The notes beneath the pieces were generated by a model. That model was not told where the DNA came from, did not search any database, and saw nothing but the letters and a program-made list of their open reading frames with translations. DNA of 64,000 nucleotides from Cirrosporium novae-zelandiae. Taxonomy: Eukaryota. Made by a program: the position numbers and the translations under genes. Shown here piece after piece: positions 49,787 through 63,352 of this stretch. How positions within the stretch are numbered: the stretch's first letter is position 1; every line of letters starts with the position of its first letter. The stretch is taken from positions 1 to 64,000 of the forward strand of contig JAPETS010000024.1 of the NCBI GenBank assembly GCA_026023565.1. Direction: 5' to 3'.

Positions 49787-51654
49787 ATGCGTCAATCCTC
49801 GCGTGTAGTTGTTGCCGCTCTTGCGGCGACAGCAAGCGCTACATCCCTCGCCGATGTCTGTACTGTATCGAACGTGCAGGCGGCGCTACCCGCAAATGGG
49901 ACCTTGCTTGGCATTGCATTGATCCCGTCGTCTGTGACGGCAAACACAGTCTCTTCTACTTACGACTACTGCAACGTGACAGCTACCTACACACACCCTG
50001 GCAAGGATGACTCTGTGATCGTCTGGTACTCTTTCCCAAGCCCCGACAGCTTCAAAAATCGTTTCTATGTCGGTGGTGGAGGAGGCTACACCCTCAACAG
50101 TGATGCGACCGGAGGCCTCTCGTATGGCGCTGCTTCTGGCGTCACCAATGCAGGCTATGATGGCTTCAGCTACAGTTATGACGAGGTGGTCCTTCTTGGA
50201 AACGGGTCGATCAACTACGATGCTACGTACATGTTTGGATATAAGGCACTAGGCGAGATGACAGTCGTTGGAAAGGCCCTTGCGAAAGGATTCTACAGCT
50301 TGTCTACTGACACCAAGATCTACACCTATTTCGAAGGATGCTCCGACGGTGGACGAGAAGGTTGGAGTCAAGTCCAGCGCTGGGGTGAAGAGTATGACGG
50401 TGTGATCGCCGGTGCTCCAGCCTTCCGTTACGCGCATCAGCAAGTTGTAAGTAACCCTCGCTGTCTATAATATCCCTTTATGCTGTATTAGGAGTCAAAA
50501 GCCGTTTTGGAACTCTCAAGACAATGGCCATGACCCACTCAGCCCCCCCGCCTAATAAAAAAACACACACTAACCTCCCACAGAACCACCTCTTCTCCAA
50601 CGTCGTTGAAAAAACCCTAGACTACTACCCCCCACCCTGCGAGCTTGATAAAATCGTGAACCTCACCATCGCAGCCTGTGACCCACTCGATGGGCGAACC
50701 GACAGCGTAGTCTCTCGAACCGACCTCTGCAAGCTCAACTTCAACATCAGCTCTACAATCGGATCATCCTACTACTGCGCGGCCGAGAACAGCACCTCGC
50801 TAGGCTTCAACTTCGGCCAAAGGAAAAACAAGCGCTCATCGTCTTCAACAACAAGCTACCAACCCGCCCAAAGTGGCACCGTCTCCGCCAAAGGCGCCGC
50901 GGTCGCCCAAGCCATCTATGACGGTCTGCTAACCTCCAACGGCACCCGAGGCTACCTCGGATACCAACCCGCGTGCTCCTTCGAAGACGCCACAACCTCC
51001 TACGACTCATCCACCGACAGCTGGGAACTCGACATCACCTCCACCGGCGGCGAATACGTCATGAAATTCGTCTCCGAACTCGACGCCGACAACCTCTCGA
51101 CTCTCGACAACGTGACCTACGACACCCTTGTAGAATGGATGAACACAGCCATGATCCGCTACCTCGACAGCCTGCAAACTACGCTTCCAGACCTGACTCC
51201 CTTTGTGAATTCCGGCGGAAAGGTTCTACACTACCACGGCGAATCCGACGACAGCATTCCCACGGGCTCGTCGGTCCACTACTACGACTCCGTGCGCACC
51301 ATCATGTACCCCGACCTCTCCTACAACGAGAGCGTCGACGCCCTCGGGGACTGGTACCGTCTTTTCTTGGTCCCCGGAGCCGCGCATTGCGGGACCAATA
51401 CCCTCCAGCCGGGTCCATATCCCGAAGATAACATGGAGATTATGATTGACTGGGTGGAGAACGGCGTGGTACCGACGAGGCTCAACGCGACTGTCTCTTC
51501 GGGTACCTATTCGGGCGAGACACAAATGCTTTGCCCATGGCCGTTGAGGCCTTACTGGCCTAACAATGGCACCACTATGAATTGTCAATACGATCAAGAA
51601 TCGATTGATAGTTGGACGTATACATTTGATGCGTTCAAGCTACCAGTGTATTAG
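49787..51654 (+). CDS. Tannase / feruloyl esterase family protein, secreted
   Basis: Signal peptide; EGCSDGGREG, YHGESDDSIP and LVPGAAHC (CS-D-HC motif); intron 50447-50583. Confidence 0.95.
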
Positions 51655-52079
51655 AGTGTTTGTGTGTTGTGTGTGTGTTTTTGGAAAATAAATTCTATGG
51701 GATATTCCCTGTGGGGGGGGCTGGGCTATACGAGGAAATTTTTGATCTTGATGTCTAGCCTGAGTTTTTTTTTTTTAAAATTCACATGACCTGGTCTTCC
51801 ATTTCCGCGGGGATATATCTTTCAATTTTTTCGTGCGGTGTACATATATATACATAACATATATATTACCTCTTCTTCATAACCTTTATGGTTATCTCTG
51901 AATATATATATATACATAAGAAAACAAAAATGGAAACATTACATATAGTCTATCTAGCTATATCTAGAGTATTAAGTAAGATTACCTCAGGAGAAGGGTC
52001 GGGGGGGGGAGCCTCCCATGTGAGAAATCATGATACCCAGCCCCTTCCCTTTTTCCTTTTTTTTTCTCTCGAAAAAATT

Positions 52080-52305
52080 CAAACATATGCCCAGGGTGTT
52101 TGTTTTGACCAGCTAATTAGCTAGCTCCTGAGATCAGATTAGATATTCCTAAAGAGCGCTAATTAGTGAATTTGGTCACACACGCTAGACTACTGGTTAT
52201 TAGTGTTTTTTTTGTAGAATAATTAAAACCCTAATTAATGGATTTATTACCCATTTAAGTATCCAGTTATTTCTGAATACAGTAATTACTTAGTGTCCAT
52301 GTGGT
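52080..52305 (-). repeat. Degenerate dispersed repeat, copy B (inverted relative to copy A)
   Basis: e.g. AGCTCCTGAGATCAGATT vs AATCTAATCTCAGGAGCT; TTTGGTCACACAC vs GTGTGAACCAAA. Confidence 0.6.
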
Positions 52306-52341
52306 GGCTAGTGGTTGGTGCCCCTTTATTCTTACCCTTAC

Positions 52342-52656
52342 TGTCAAGGTTGGGGCTCTGATAGTGTAGGTAGCGAGGCGGATAGGTAGTGTGTCCATAT
52401 CGTAGTAATATTTAAATAATAGTACTCCTGTATAATACAAGACTGAAAGCTGGCCTTTCCCAGCTTTCTTTCTATCTTCTTATATAAGTTTTTCTATTTG
52501 ACGTCTTCTCGGTAACCTATCGGCGCCACGTAACGCCACTTCCCCGTTTTCATCCCGCCTTTGGTCCCCAGACGTAGCGACCCCTTCTAGTACTCCATTT
52601 CCCCTCCTTTGTGACAGAACCCCTTTTTAGTATTCTACTTCTCTTCCTTTGTGACA
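52342..52656 (-). mobile_element. Solo LTR (315 bp)
   Basis: TGTCA...TGACA termini, perfect 5-bp TSD CTTAC (52337-41, 52657-61), internal TATATAA; orientation tentative. Confidence 0.85.
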
Positions 52657-54080
52657 CTTACCTCGTCATAGTATAGAATATATTTCCATAACCTAGTTAG
52701 CAGCAGCAGTAGCAGCAGCAATAAAAAAAAAACTCCTTACGACAAGGAAAACCATTAATTGAATATACAAAATGACTAACGACTCCAAAGAGAAAGAAAA
52801 AAAAGGAAAGAAAAAAAGGAAAGAAAAAAATACTATATAGTAAGTATTCTATATTATGACATAACATAACATTGATATACAACCATAAGACCTGTACTGT
52901 ACTGTAGTAAAGTAACATAAAACCTCAAGCTTCCCTCTCGCTCCCGCTTATAACACAACATCCCCACACCTCTCAACTTATCTCACATCCTCATTTCATC
53001 TCATCTACATCTTTATCTTATCTCATCTTATCTTATTCTCAGCCTCATTCTCAAAGCATCCTATCCCATTCATTCTTCTATACCCCTGGGTCGTTTATCC
53101 GTGAACCATACATGCAAGCATCTGTCCTAGGTAATATAATTCCATATTATTTTATTACCTTACCTTACTTTACCTTCGAACTCTTCTTCGTTAAGATAAG
53201 ATAAAAACCATTTATAACAGGTGGACAAACGAACATTGGATCGGAGGGAATAAATAAATGTCATTCCTTCCTTACCTATCCACTTACCTATCCACCTACC
53301 TACTTGCCGTTCCCCGTGCTAATGTCAATGTCAATGCTAGTGCCAATATCAATACCCGGCCTCCTTCCCCGTCGTAACTAACCTGTCCTGAGTCCTGACG
53401 TTATACAAGCAACGAAGATTTATAATCAATCAACTCATCTATCAACCCATCAATCAACCCATCCGACGTTACAGTATATATATACATGGAACACAAGATT
53501 TATAATCAACCATCCAACCATCTATCCATTCAATCAAACTTCGGTAATATTAATTATTAATTATCCCGAAATCCTCATAAGGATCATCATTATTTTTTTG
53601 GGAGGGGGGTTACGGCCATTTCGGAGTTAAGAATATCTCTAAGGCTTTAAGGGCTTATCTACCAAGTATGACATGCATAGTAGAGAGTTGATTGGGGCTG
53701 GGGGCTGGAGGATGGGTTTCTGTAAATGATTGGTGGGTTATCGGTGGTATTGTATCCTATCCCGTTTTGAGGGATTGTCGTACTTTACTTTCTTTACAAG
53801 ATGAGATGGGAATGAGGGTGGATGAGTAAGTGGGGTATCATGGAAGGAAGGAAGGAAGTTCCGTTAATTAACTAACCATACCCAACTAAACTATCCGACT
53901 CCGCATAGATACAAATACGTAGGCAGGTAAGGTATCTTAAGATGCCTTGGATATATAAATAACGAGAGGTAATAAGCACCATACCCTTTTCTTGTTGGAA
54001 TATCTATCTAATACTTTATATAAAAGAAGACCTCCCCCCCCCAAAAAAACTCATTATTATCTTGTTATTTTGTTTATCCA

Positions 54081-54129
<49 letters not shown>

Positions 54130-54143
54130 CACGTCCCAAAAAA

Positions 54144-55031
54144 ATGGCAGTCCGAATGACCCTCCTATTAAAAAAACTAGATTCCATTTCAGATGAAGAG
54201 TTTCATAAATAATAAGCTCCCCTTCCCTCCTCCCCCTTTCCCTATCCATCTTACTCCTTACCCTCTACTAATACCCATCTACCTGGTCCGGCCCACACGC
54301 AGAATTTTTCCTAAACGTTCCAATTGTCAAAGAAAAGATTCTTAAGTTTTCGCAGGTTGGTTTTTGGTCCTTAGTCTTAGCCCTAGTAGTCCCTCTGATC
54401 CGCTCGTGTTTTTTTTTTTTTTCTTGGTGGGTATTGTTGAGTTGAGCGAGTGAGGGAATGAAGGTTCTATTCACCACGAAGAGGGTATTATATATATATA
54501 TATATAAACAAGGGGGGGTTGCTTATCTACCTACCTATCCAATCCCACTCACACACACACACTCTCTCTCTCTGGATCAATCCCCCCTTCACTTTGAAAC
54601 AAAATCCCTAATAATTATATTATACATATATATATAGTTCCACGTCGACAAAACCCTCTCCAACGGACTTTCCCAAATGGGATTTCCCATACTCGAATAT
54701 GATGGCATGGTTAGCGTTTGGGCTGCCTCAATGGAAGATTTGATGGCTGTAAGTTGAGAGATATTTATTTCTATTATACTCCACTCATTCACTCCTTGTA
54801 TGTGTGTGTGATATGCGCCCATGGCTAATGCTGGGTAATTAGGTACTTCAAGATGCGGAATACCAACGGGTTGTTGTGCCGGATGCCAAGGTTTTTTCGA
54901 AAACGGATGAGAGTAAGGTCATGATTGGGTATGATAAGGATTTTGTGGTTGAGGGGGGGAAGAAGGGGTTGTGGATAGATGTAGATGCGATGGCGATGGC
55001 GACGGGTATTAGGGACGGAATAAATCGGTAG
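54144..55031 (+). CDS. EthD-domain (dimeric alpha-beta barrel) protein, four exons, absent from ORF track
   Basis: Exons 54144-54211, 54283-54355, 54638-54748 and 54843-55031 give MAVRMTLLLKKLDSISDEEFHKYWSGPHAEFFLNVPIVKEKILKFSQFH..EYDGMVSVWAASMEDLMAVLQDAEYQRVVVPDAKVF. Confidence 0.85.
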
Positions 55032-55732
55032 TGATATTGGTGTTGTATAAAAGAGAGATGTATGTATGTATGTATGTATGTATGTATATTTCATCTATCA
55101 TTTATAGAAATCGAGTTGTCATGTTGCAGCACTTGTGGGCAAGAGACTACGTGATATAGGGATGAGTGGTATTATGAACCTATGTAACTAAAAAAAATGT
55201 TAGCTTTCAACAACTTCTTTTCAACTGCTTTGCTATTAATATTTTCCATTGACACGACTCTATATAGCACGCGCATCCAGCAACCATTCATTATTAACAT
55301 ATTCCCATTTCGCCACGTACGTCGCTCAGCATGTTCTAGCCCTAAGTTCCTAATTTACATGAGTGATGAACCCCCGTACACAATCAATCAATCATGCATC
55401 AGTGTCCATACAAGTCCTTATCCAGTCCAGATCATAAACAAAAATTCACCCAAAAGCAATCCAATTAATTCACCACAATCTTTGGAGAAAAACAAGATGC
55501 AACGAAGAAGGGTGGCCGGCCAGTCAAATTCACTCACCCCTCAACTTTTCTTCAGTTCCAAAAAAATAAAAAAATAGAAACGCCTACCGTGGAAATAAAA
55601 AGAAACAATGCATCTCAACGTATCAATCAGTAACATCTTATAGTCAGGTTATTCTCGATCAACCGACAACCACGTACGTACGTAACCATGCCATCGTACA
55701 TCAACATCATTAAGAATCAACCATAAAAAGAT

Positions 55733-58700
55733 CTATGTTTGCTGTCTCCCCGCACTAGCTGCTGCTAGGTGGCCTTTGAGACCCATTCTGGAGCTTCCTG
55801 GAACCCAAGCCGGCATCATCGTTCCAATTTTGAATGTCATTTCGTGAAACCAAGTTGGCATTCTCAGTCCTCTTGTGCTAACCTTGACCTTGCCTTCGGC
55901 TATACTCTGGATCATGTTGAGGACGCCGAATGCGCTACTGCCAATCGCACGGAATAGGGCTAAACATGCCACACTCCATAGAATAAAGGTGAGATACCAG
56001 TTGCTGGAAATGTTGGTTCCACTGTATGCTTCTGAGACGGCCATCGCCAGAGTTGCGTTAGAGACCATCCAGGCAATGACCATATAAGTTCGGACAGCTC
56101 GGTAGTAGTCTTCCTGCTGTTGAGCTTCACTGGGCCCTGGGTCGGGAACCTCGAGGCGGTCACGGAGGTTTCGGAGAGCCTCATCATAGCCAGAATCAAT
56201 ATCAAGTTGCTCACTAGGCATTTCGACTTCGACGGTATTTCCTTTGCCATGTGCAGCTCCGAGATCGGTATGGATGGCATTGTCTCCCTTTGTTCCCCAT
56301 GTAACGTCGTGGGTGTTACAGAATGCATATATCTGCAAGGTGCAGAGATAGCTGGGAAGGAGAGCAAAGTATTGCCCAGCAGAAGTAAACATATGCCATG
56401 GATCCAGATAGAGGAAAGACATTAGAAAATACAGACCAACAGTTGATAATGTGGAGACAATCACGTTCCTAAAGAGAGAGTTGCTCATATTCAACTTCAC
56501 GTCGTCTCCGGTCAGCTGGTCAACTATAATATATATCGATGCGGCGGTAGTATAGGCCATGATGATGGCATAGACTATCATAGACCCCATGAACATCTTC
56601 TTGGCACTAAAAATAACCAAACAAATATTAGTCATACATAATTAGAAGGGATGCGATTAATGATTATAACGTACCCTTGAGGACGATTACCCATAGATAG
56701 AATGAACTGCATGCATATGAGAAGCACGCATGAATAGCGAAGCAATATGAATATGTAATTTCCAATGTTGTGTCCAAATGGGTCGAGTGTCTCGTCGGCA
56801 AGAGAACCCGCAATGAAATAAAACGTCAGGTAGAAATTGGCCTGTCTTTAAATCAGTTATTGCAATTGTTGATTTGTGTAATAAAATCTTACCAGAGAGA
56901 AGTAGGTGAAGATCAGTTGGATGAATTGGTATACAAACTCTATATGCAACAAGATCTTGCGTATAAGAGTATGATCGGTTTTCCAGACTTGCCTGAAATG
57001 AATCAAGGAGTAGACTGCAGCGAAGAAAGCTCCATTCAACCATCGTCGGCGCTGAGAGATGAATTCGGGTACAGCGTCTAAAAGACATTAGCAAAACCCA
57101 GTGATTTTTAGCTTGTTTACTTACCAGGCACATCTGTTTCTCCCGTTGCACTCTTGACATATTTTAGAACCCACCTTTCATCTCTTTTCGCAACCAGTTC
57201 CCAGCAGAGAATACGATCTTCAGCAAGGTACATGTTTGCAGTGAAGACGTCGGCATCTTTCCCGTGAAGTGTTTCACCCTTGAAATATTGACTGAGCGGG
57301 CCATGTCCAGTACTATCATTTTGCAAAGCATAGTATCTATACGCACTCAATGCACCGGGAAGCACGGTGATATAGCCAAATACGGATTCCAACGGTTTAT
57401 CCAAAATGTTTGACATCTTGTACTCAAAATTCTGGGATGCCACCAAGGGATTAAGGAGACCCAGCCATCCCTTTCCTTTCGCAGCCTTGATTTCACCACA
57501 AGCACCAGCCACATTTGAATCTGTGTCGAATGCTTTCCATAAATGATAGAGGGATTTCGGACCGGGCTTGGTTCCGACATCAAGAAGGATGCATACATTA
57601 GGACTAAGAGCCTTTCCGAAAGCATTGAAAAACCAACGATGGGAATTCAACTTCTTCGAGTTTTTCTCTTTCAAGCAGAAAATCATCTGGCAAGGGACAA
57701 TGCCCTTTTCAGCGCCTTTGAATTTAAGATCGGCATCTAAAGAGACCTGAGTCGTATATTCGTAAACGTGTGCTGTGACTTCTCGCTGGTTCACCAAATT
57801 CTTGGCGATTCCATCCTGATAAATGCCCATAGCTGCTAGAGCATCCAAGGTTCGCGGGTGGACCTTTTGACGTCCATCAGAAACAATGCATATGACAATC
57901 TTTTGCCAACCGTCTTTCCCCCAAGTCCTCGATTTCGTTCGTGAACAAAAGTGTGCAATGTTTCTCATAACACCGTGCATTGTTCTCGTAAAGTCAATCT
58001 CGTTTTCGTTGTACATCGTGATGCAGATAAATAGCTCCGTCTCTCGGGCAGTAGGTCCGATGTTCTGTCGCAGCTTATACCCTCTGTCTACAAAATCATC
58101 TGGATCACAGGTGACGGCCGTATATCGCATGTGAGTGAACTCGACCTCATCCCTCCGTGGCAGGAAACTGTGCAAGATTGTTGGGATCTTACATTCCAAT
58201 ATGAGTTCACCATTAATCAGCTTAACTTCCTTCTTCGTCACCTGCGCTTGTCTAGCTCCTCGTCTGTCCTGACGCCCGACAGGAGCTGGCCCAATATGGT
58301 ATTCTTGTTGTTTTTCGTCTATTTCTTCTGCTGTAAAAGTATCTTCAGACTGAAAAGAATCATAAGATCTAAGGCTGGCACGATGATCTGCCCTAGCGTC
58401 TCCAAATACATCATCATCATCATCGTCACTTATAGGAATCCTTGCATCGTCTGTTAGATCTTGTGATGTTCGAGTCGGACCCTCATATAGTGGAGCCCGC
58501 GGTAAAGGCCGTCTAGGACTTCCTCCATATTGTGAGGAGGGAGTTCCAGGACGTGGGCTGCCGTTCAAATCTTCTGGCTCATAAGCTATACTTTGCGGAT
58601 GTCTAGATGACCAAACCGAGGATGTTCTAGATGGAGTCATCGGTCGTAGAGGAGATGAGCGGACGGAGCGAGTAGGCGAGGGAGGTCTGTAAGAGAGAGG

Positions 58701-59264
58701 TATATCTGTCGATATCGGCGGCGGCATATTAGGTGTAGGACCTAATGATGATGTTGGACGAGAAGGAGAATAATTGGAGCTAACGGAAGGTTGGTATGTC
58801 CGTCGTGAAGGGCTAGATCTATAGGATTGGGGACTTTGCCTAAATAAACGACGAAGTGGTGAGCCTTTCTTCTTTAGAGTAACACGAGCCTTTATATTTG
58901 GGTGTTGTGTAGAGAAAATACGAGAATATGCATAGTCTTGTGCAATTTGCTCATTGGTTTGGGCTTCCACGTTTTGCTTGGGTAATGCTTTTCTTGGAAT
59001 AGATGGGGGAATGCTTTGATCTTTGTTCTCTTCCACAGGTTTTATCCGCGATGAATGGGTTCGAAGTGCTGCAGGAATGAGAGATGGTACATACGGACGA
59101 GGTTCTACGTCGTCAAGAGAGGGTAGCAAACGTAGAGTAGAGGCAGCGGCAGCCTCAAGTGCTGGATTAGGAAATGAGGTGATGTCGTCTGTTGAGTCTT
59201 CAAAATATGGAGGAGGTCCTCCATAAACTGGAGGACCTCGAGGTGGAGTCGGTGAACGATCCAT
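55733..59264 (-). CDS. Chitin synthase, division 1, probably class II (ChsA/Chs2-like)
   Basis: [42 protein letters not shown] and [10 protein letters not shown] motifs; several introns. Confidence 0.95.
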
Positions 59265-60020
59265 ATTGCGATGAATCAATTATATCAGTAAAGTCGCGGT
59301 GTGCGCCTTGAGACTGGAATCAGTAATTTCTATCAGGTGCAATTGGCCATGAATCCGGTCAAGTTGGACAAGCTCGAACAAAGAGTAGCTATGAAGGCGA
59401 AGATCAACTATCGGAATTGAATTGTTAATACCTGAGAACTGGGCATGGAGCGGTCTTGTAGTGTGCCACATAGGTGGTGGATTTGTTGTCTAGTATTTGT
59501 TCAGTTGCTGGGGGCAACTCGGGAGTGATCCTTGCTTTGCATCCGATCTCGGTTCCGGATCCGTACCTTGCTCAACCCTGTTCAACCCTGCATCTGAAAC
59601 CCACACATCCTGTCATCACGAATCAGATTACTCTGTTTGAATCTTTTGGGAATCAATAACTAATTAACGCGCGGTGAATTATTCCTTACTTCTTGCTTAC
59701 CTAGATACACGAGAATCAGTGCCACTAACTGCGATTCCTGTTATTAAGTTTGGAACCCTGGTAGCTCTGTTTCATGCATTTCTTGTTGTCCTTTTATACC
59801 AGACAAATGTCATCAATGATAGCTTCGTGATAGTACCTCTCATACGGAGTAGGCATTCGAACGCGACACCGTGACCAGAAGGACTTGTCAATTTGCGCCT
59901 CTTCACCAGTTTGGTATAAGTAATCTTGTAATAATAACCCATGAAATGCAAACCGTCATTCCTCATGAAACCCGAGTCATCAAACACCAGCCCCAAAGAC
60001 TATATATGTAGTCACTACTC

Positions 60021-62958
60021 CTAAGCTATCCCCAGATTCCCCCCACCACCACCCATCCCCTCACTTGCAGTGCTCAGCCTTGCACACAATCCTAGCAGTA
60101 CTACCGTTTCGGTTGCTGCATAATAATTCAACACGTCCAGCAAGATCCTTAAGTGTCTGCTGAAATTATCTTCATACTTGCTCAGGGTGTCCTCCATCTT
60201 CGCAAGGCGACCTGGGTCGTATTTCTGAAGAGAGTCGGGAATGGAATGATGACGTGATCCCGAGGAAATGGACGTGAAGTATGCTTGCGCAAGAGGCCCG
60301 GCGGCAAGGGAAGAATCTGCTGTATAGAGGGAGCGAGTAAAGGTACTAGTATAGGTCGCGAAAAGATGGCAAGTATTTGTTAATTTAGAATGTATCTATT
60401 GAATAATTAGTCCAAACCATTCGACCCAAGAATGATTTGACAAAAGGAAGATAAAATGGAGTGTCAAAAGTTAGTCTAGCTAGGATAGATAAGTCACCAT
60501 GAGCCGAAGCTGCTGGAGAATAGGGCTATAAGAAGCATGCATGATATGAATTGACCAAACGTATAATAATAAGAAGATAGAGACTCACCCTTAGTAATCG
60601 TGACTGGGTTAGCATACACTCCTTAAGGCAAGTATCCAGAAAGTCAACATGATCCTGCATCAACTCGTCTACCGTCCTCATCACTTGCACACCGCCATCA
60701 CGCCCCTTTTCTCCATTCACTTTAGCCATCAGATTCTGCCAGTTCGGCTCGATCACCTCTGCTGTACAGAAGTACAGTAACTGTTGGACAAACACAAGCA
60801 TTCTTGCCCGTAAAGTCCAGATGCGTCGTTTCCACATCTCGATTTTACGGTCGGGCGATTTGTGAGTCCACGACGAGATCTTGGAGTGATCTGACCAGGA
60901 GTTGACCAGAAGGGTTTCAAGATGGCGTAGTGAAAGAAGGTATCGGAAGAGAAATTGGTATCGGGCAATAGTTTTTCGGCTAATGACCAGAGAGAGAGGA
61001 AAGGGAACGGAGTAATCGAGCTCAAGAGCATCGAAACCGATGATTGGTTTCTCGTCATTAGCTTGCTCTTGGGATGCGGAGGCTTGATAGCTTTCAAGAC
61101 CCCGCTCAACAGCATCTTGGTCGATACCTCGGACATTTACAACGCGCATAAGCGATTTGGTGAGACTGGTTTCGTTCATCTTGATCTTGACATCTTCTTT
61201 GAAGGGGTCTTGAGCAGCGATACTACCAGGTTGACGAAGAACGAGATCCAGCAATGATTGAATTTTGTTGATATTGACATTGACAGCAGGTTTCTTGAGT
61301 TCGGAAGCACTGAGTTCGAGAAAATAGGAGAAGAAATCGGAACGATCGAGGAAAAAGTAGTGTTTCAGAGACCGGAATCTCGCTGGGAGGCTATGTGTGG
61401 AAATAAGAAGTTCGAGGAGGGATTGATTTGCGTAGGCGTATGCTCCATTAACATTTTCGAGGAATCGTGGGTCATCAATTGTTTTAGGAGCGTCTTTGAC
61501 TTCCTTGGTGGTGTCAACCCCACCGCATTCGCGAACAACATTGAGATATTTTCCTGCTAGAAGTACCTTTTCTTTGACACTTTCTAATTGTGGAGGTACC
61601 TCACTGTCTCGTATCGTGTATCGTTTCTCCCAATATTCATCTGTATAGTCTTCTTCCAGTCTTTCTCGTTTAATGCCCTTTTGCTCCTTAATGAGAAATT
61701 CGGCATGAGGGTCCTTGATTCCTCCATGATGTAGCCATTCGTTTAGCATAGTCATGTAGGGTCTACTGGCTTCTCGAAGTAGTCTTTCTAGGAGCACCCT
61801 CGCATCTGGATCGCCAGACAAGGAAGCCAATCGCTGCGTCAAGACACCGAGAACGTTCCCGCCTTTACATATCTTCTTCCCAGACATGCTTCCCGGAACC
61901 AAGTCACCACCTTCTCTTAATCGCTCTAAGATGTTATCTACGTCATCTAGATCATCAATCGAATCTTCCAGGTCCTCTTCTAGTAGAGAGTTCTTTCTCA
62001 ACAGTTCTTGGGCAACATGATAGAGCTCCATGAGAGTATGCGTGTATGGCATAGTATCGATATGCATTTGCAGCAGCGTAAAGTCGGGGTTATTTATCGT
62101 CTGTTCCTCTAACTGTGACACCAGTATGAGATAGCGATCCAACTCCTTCCTCATCGCCGCACAAAGAGCATGGTTAACAGCACCAAACTCCTCCCTCCCC
62201 TGGACCTCAATAAAGGCATCCACTGCGCAGTAATGCGTCGCCATTGTCAGCATAGAAGCAATCAGATCTCGTAAATCAGAAGCCAATCCTGGCAGAACTT
62301 GAAAAATGGGCCCAGCTAGCCTGTTTTTCTCCTCTCCTGGATTATATGGTTCTTTGAAATGAATGTATTGTCCTTCAAACCCCATGAAAACAAACAATAA
62401 ATCATTCATGATCAGTGTTTCTTGCTCCTCCTTTGGCAGCCCTTTCAAATCAGGCGCCTGCAGTTTCTCCGGCACCTGAGACGCTAATGGAGGAAATGAA
62501 ATTCTTCTTGCCAGCGGCGCAGTAGTGTGAGGAATTATATTGGCTTGCGGCATCCACGGAGTCTCCATCTTAACCTCCTCTTTTCCTTTACTCTTCGGCT
62601 CGCTTGTCGACTTTGTATGTCTTGTAGATATAGGCGGGCTCCTCATCCTGGTATTAATGTGCAACTTCTCCGTTGTCGTAGTGGTGGTTCTCTCCTTGCG
62701 TCTCTCGGAAAATGTAGTGCCAGTCTGATAGTCTTGACTTTTTTTTTTGGATCCAGAGCCGTTCAAGCTCCCCACCATCTCCTCCATCTTCTCGGCTTGT
62801 GTTGCGGGAAACCCGTCTCTATGTCTCGCCGATGACCTCCCATCCTCGTCTCTCCCGCTCCCAACTCGGCTTGTAGCGACGCGGGGTCTGTGGCTTGCGG
62901 CAGTGGATGTGCGATCATGCTGATTGGTGGTGCTGCGAACGTTTGAGGTTCCTGACAT
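60021..62958 (-). CDS. SPC97: Gamma-tubulin complex component GCP2 (Spc97/Alp4)
   Basis: DLLFVFMGFEGQYI, YTDEYWEKRYTI, KVLLAGKYLNVVRECG and DHVDFLDTCLKECML motifs; last exon after intron ~60589-60397. Confidence 0.92.
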
Positions 62959-63352
62959 CTCTCATGTCCAAGTTTTTCTAGGCTGGTAAAAATTATTATC
63001 AATTAATCGACCAGAGAATTTTCGCATTGTGCAGGGAAATAAGATAAGCTCAGGATCTGGATCTATTGAGCGGACGCGAACCTCTGGGCAGAAGCGCGTA
63101 ATGAGCTTGAGATGGAGATTACTATGATGGGGCTAGCGTAGTTCAGCCCTATGAATGGCGGCCTGCGTAGACCTCTGCGGTTCTGGATACCTAGATATGA
63201 AGAGCTTCTGATTGTAGCTTCATACTCCCCCAACCATCTCACTCTTCTAGTTCTCCCATAGTAGTATCCTACGCTTCTCAAAGCAGGTCCACTATATACA
63301 TTAACAACTTGACCTTTTACTCCATCCTAACTAACAACCAAGCTTCCTCAAG

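Noticed and set aside
53395..53540. Short direct duplication (AAGATTTATAATCAA..)
   Set aside because: Low-complexity local duplication with no TE hallmarks.
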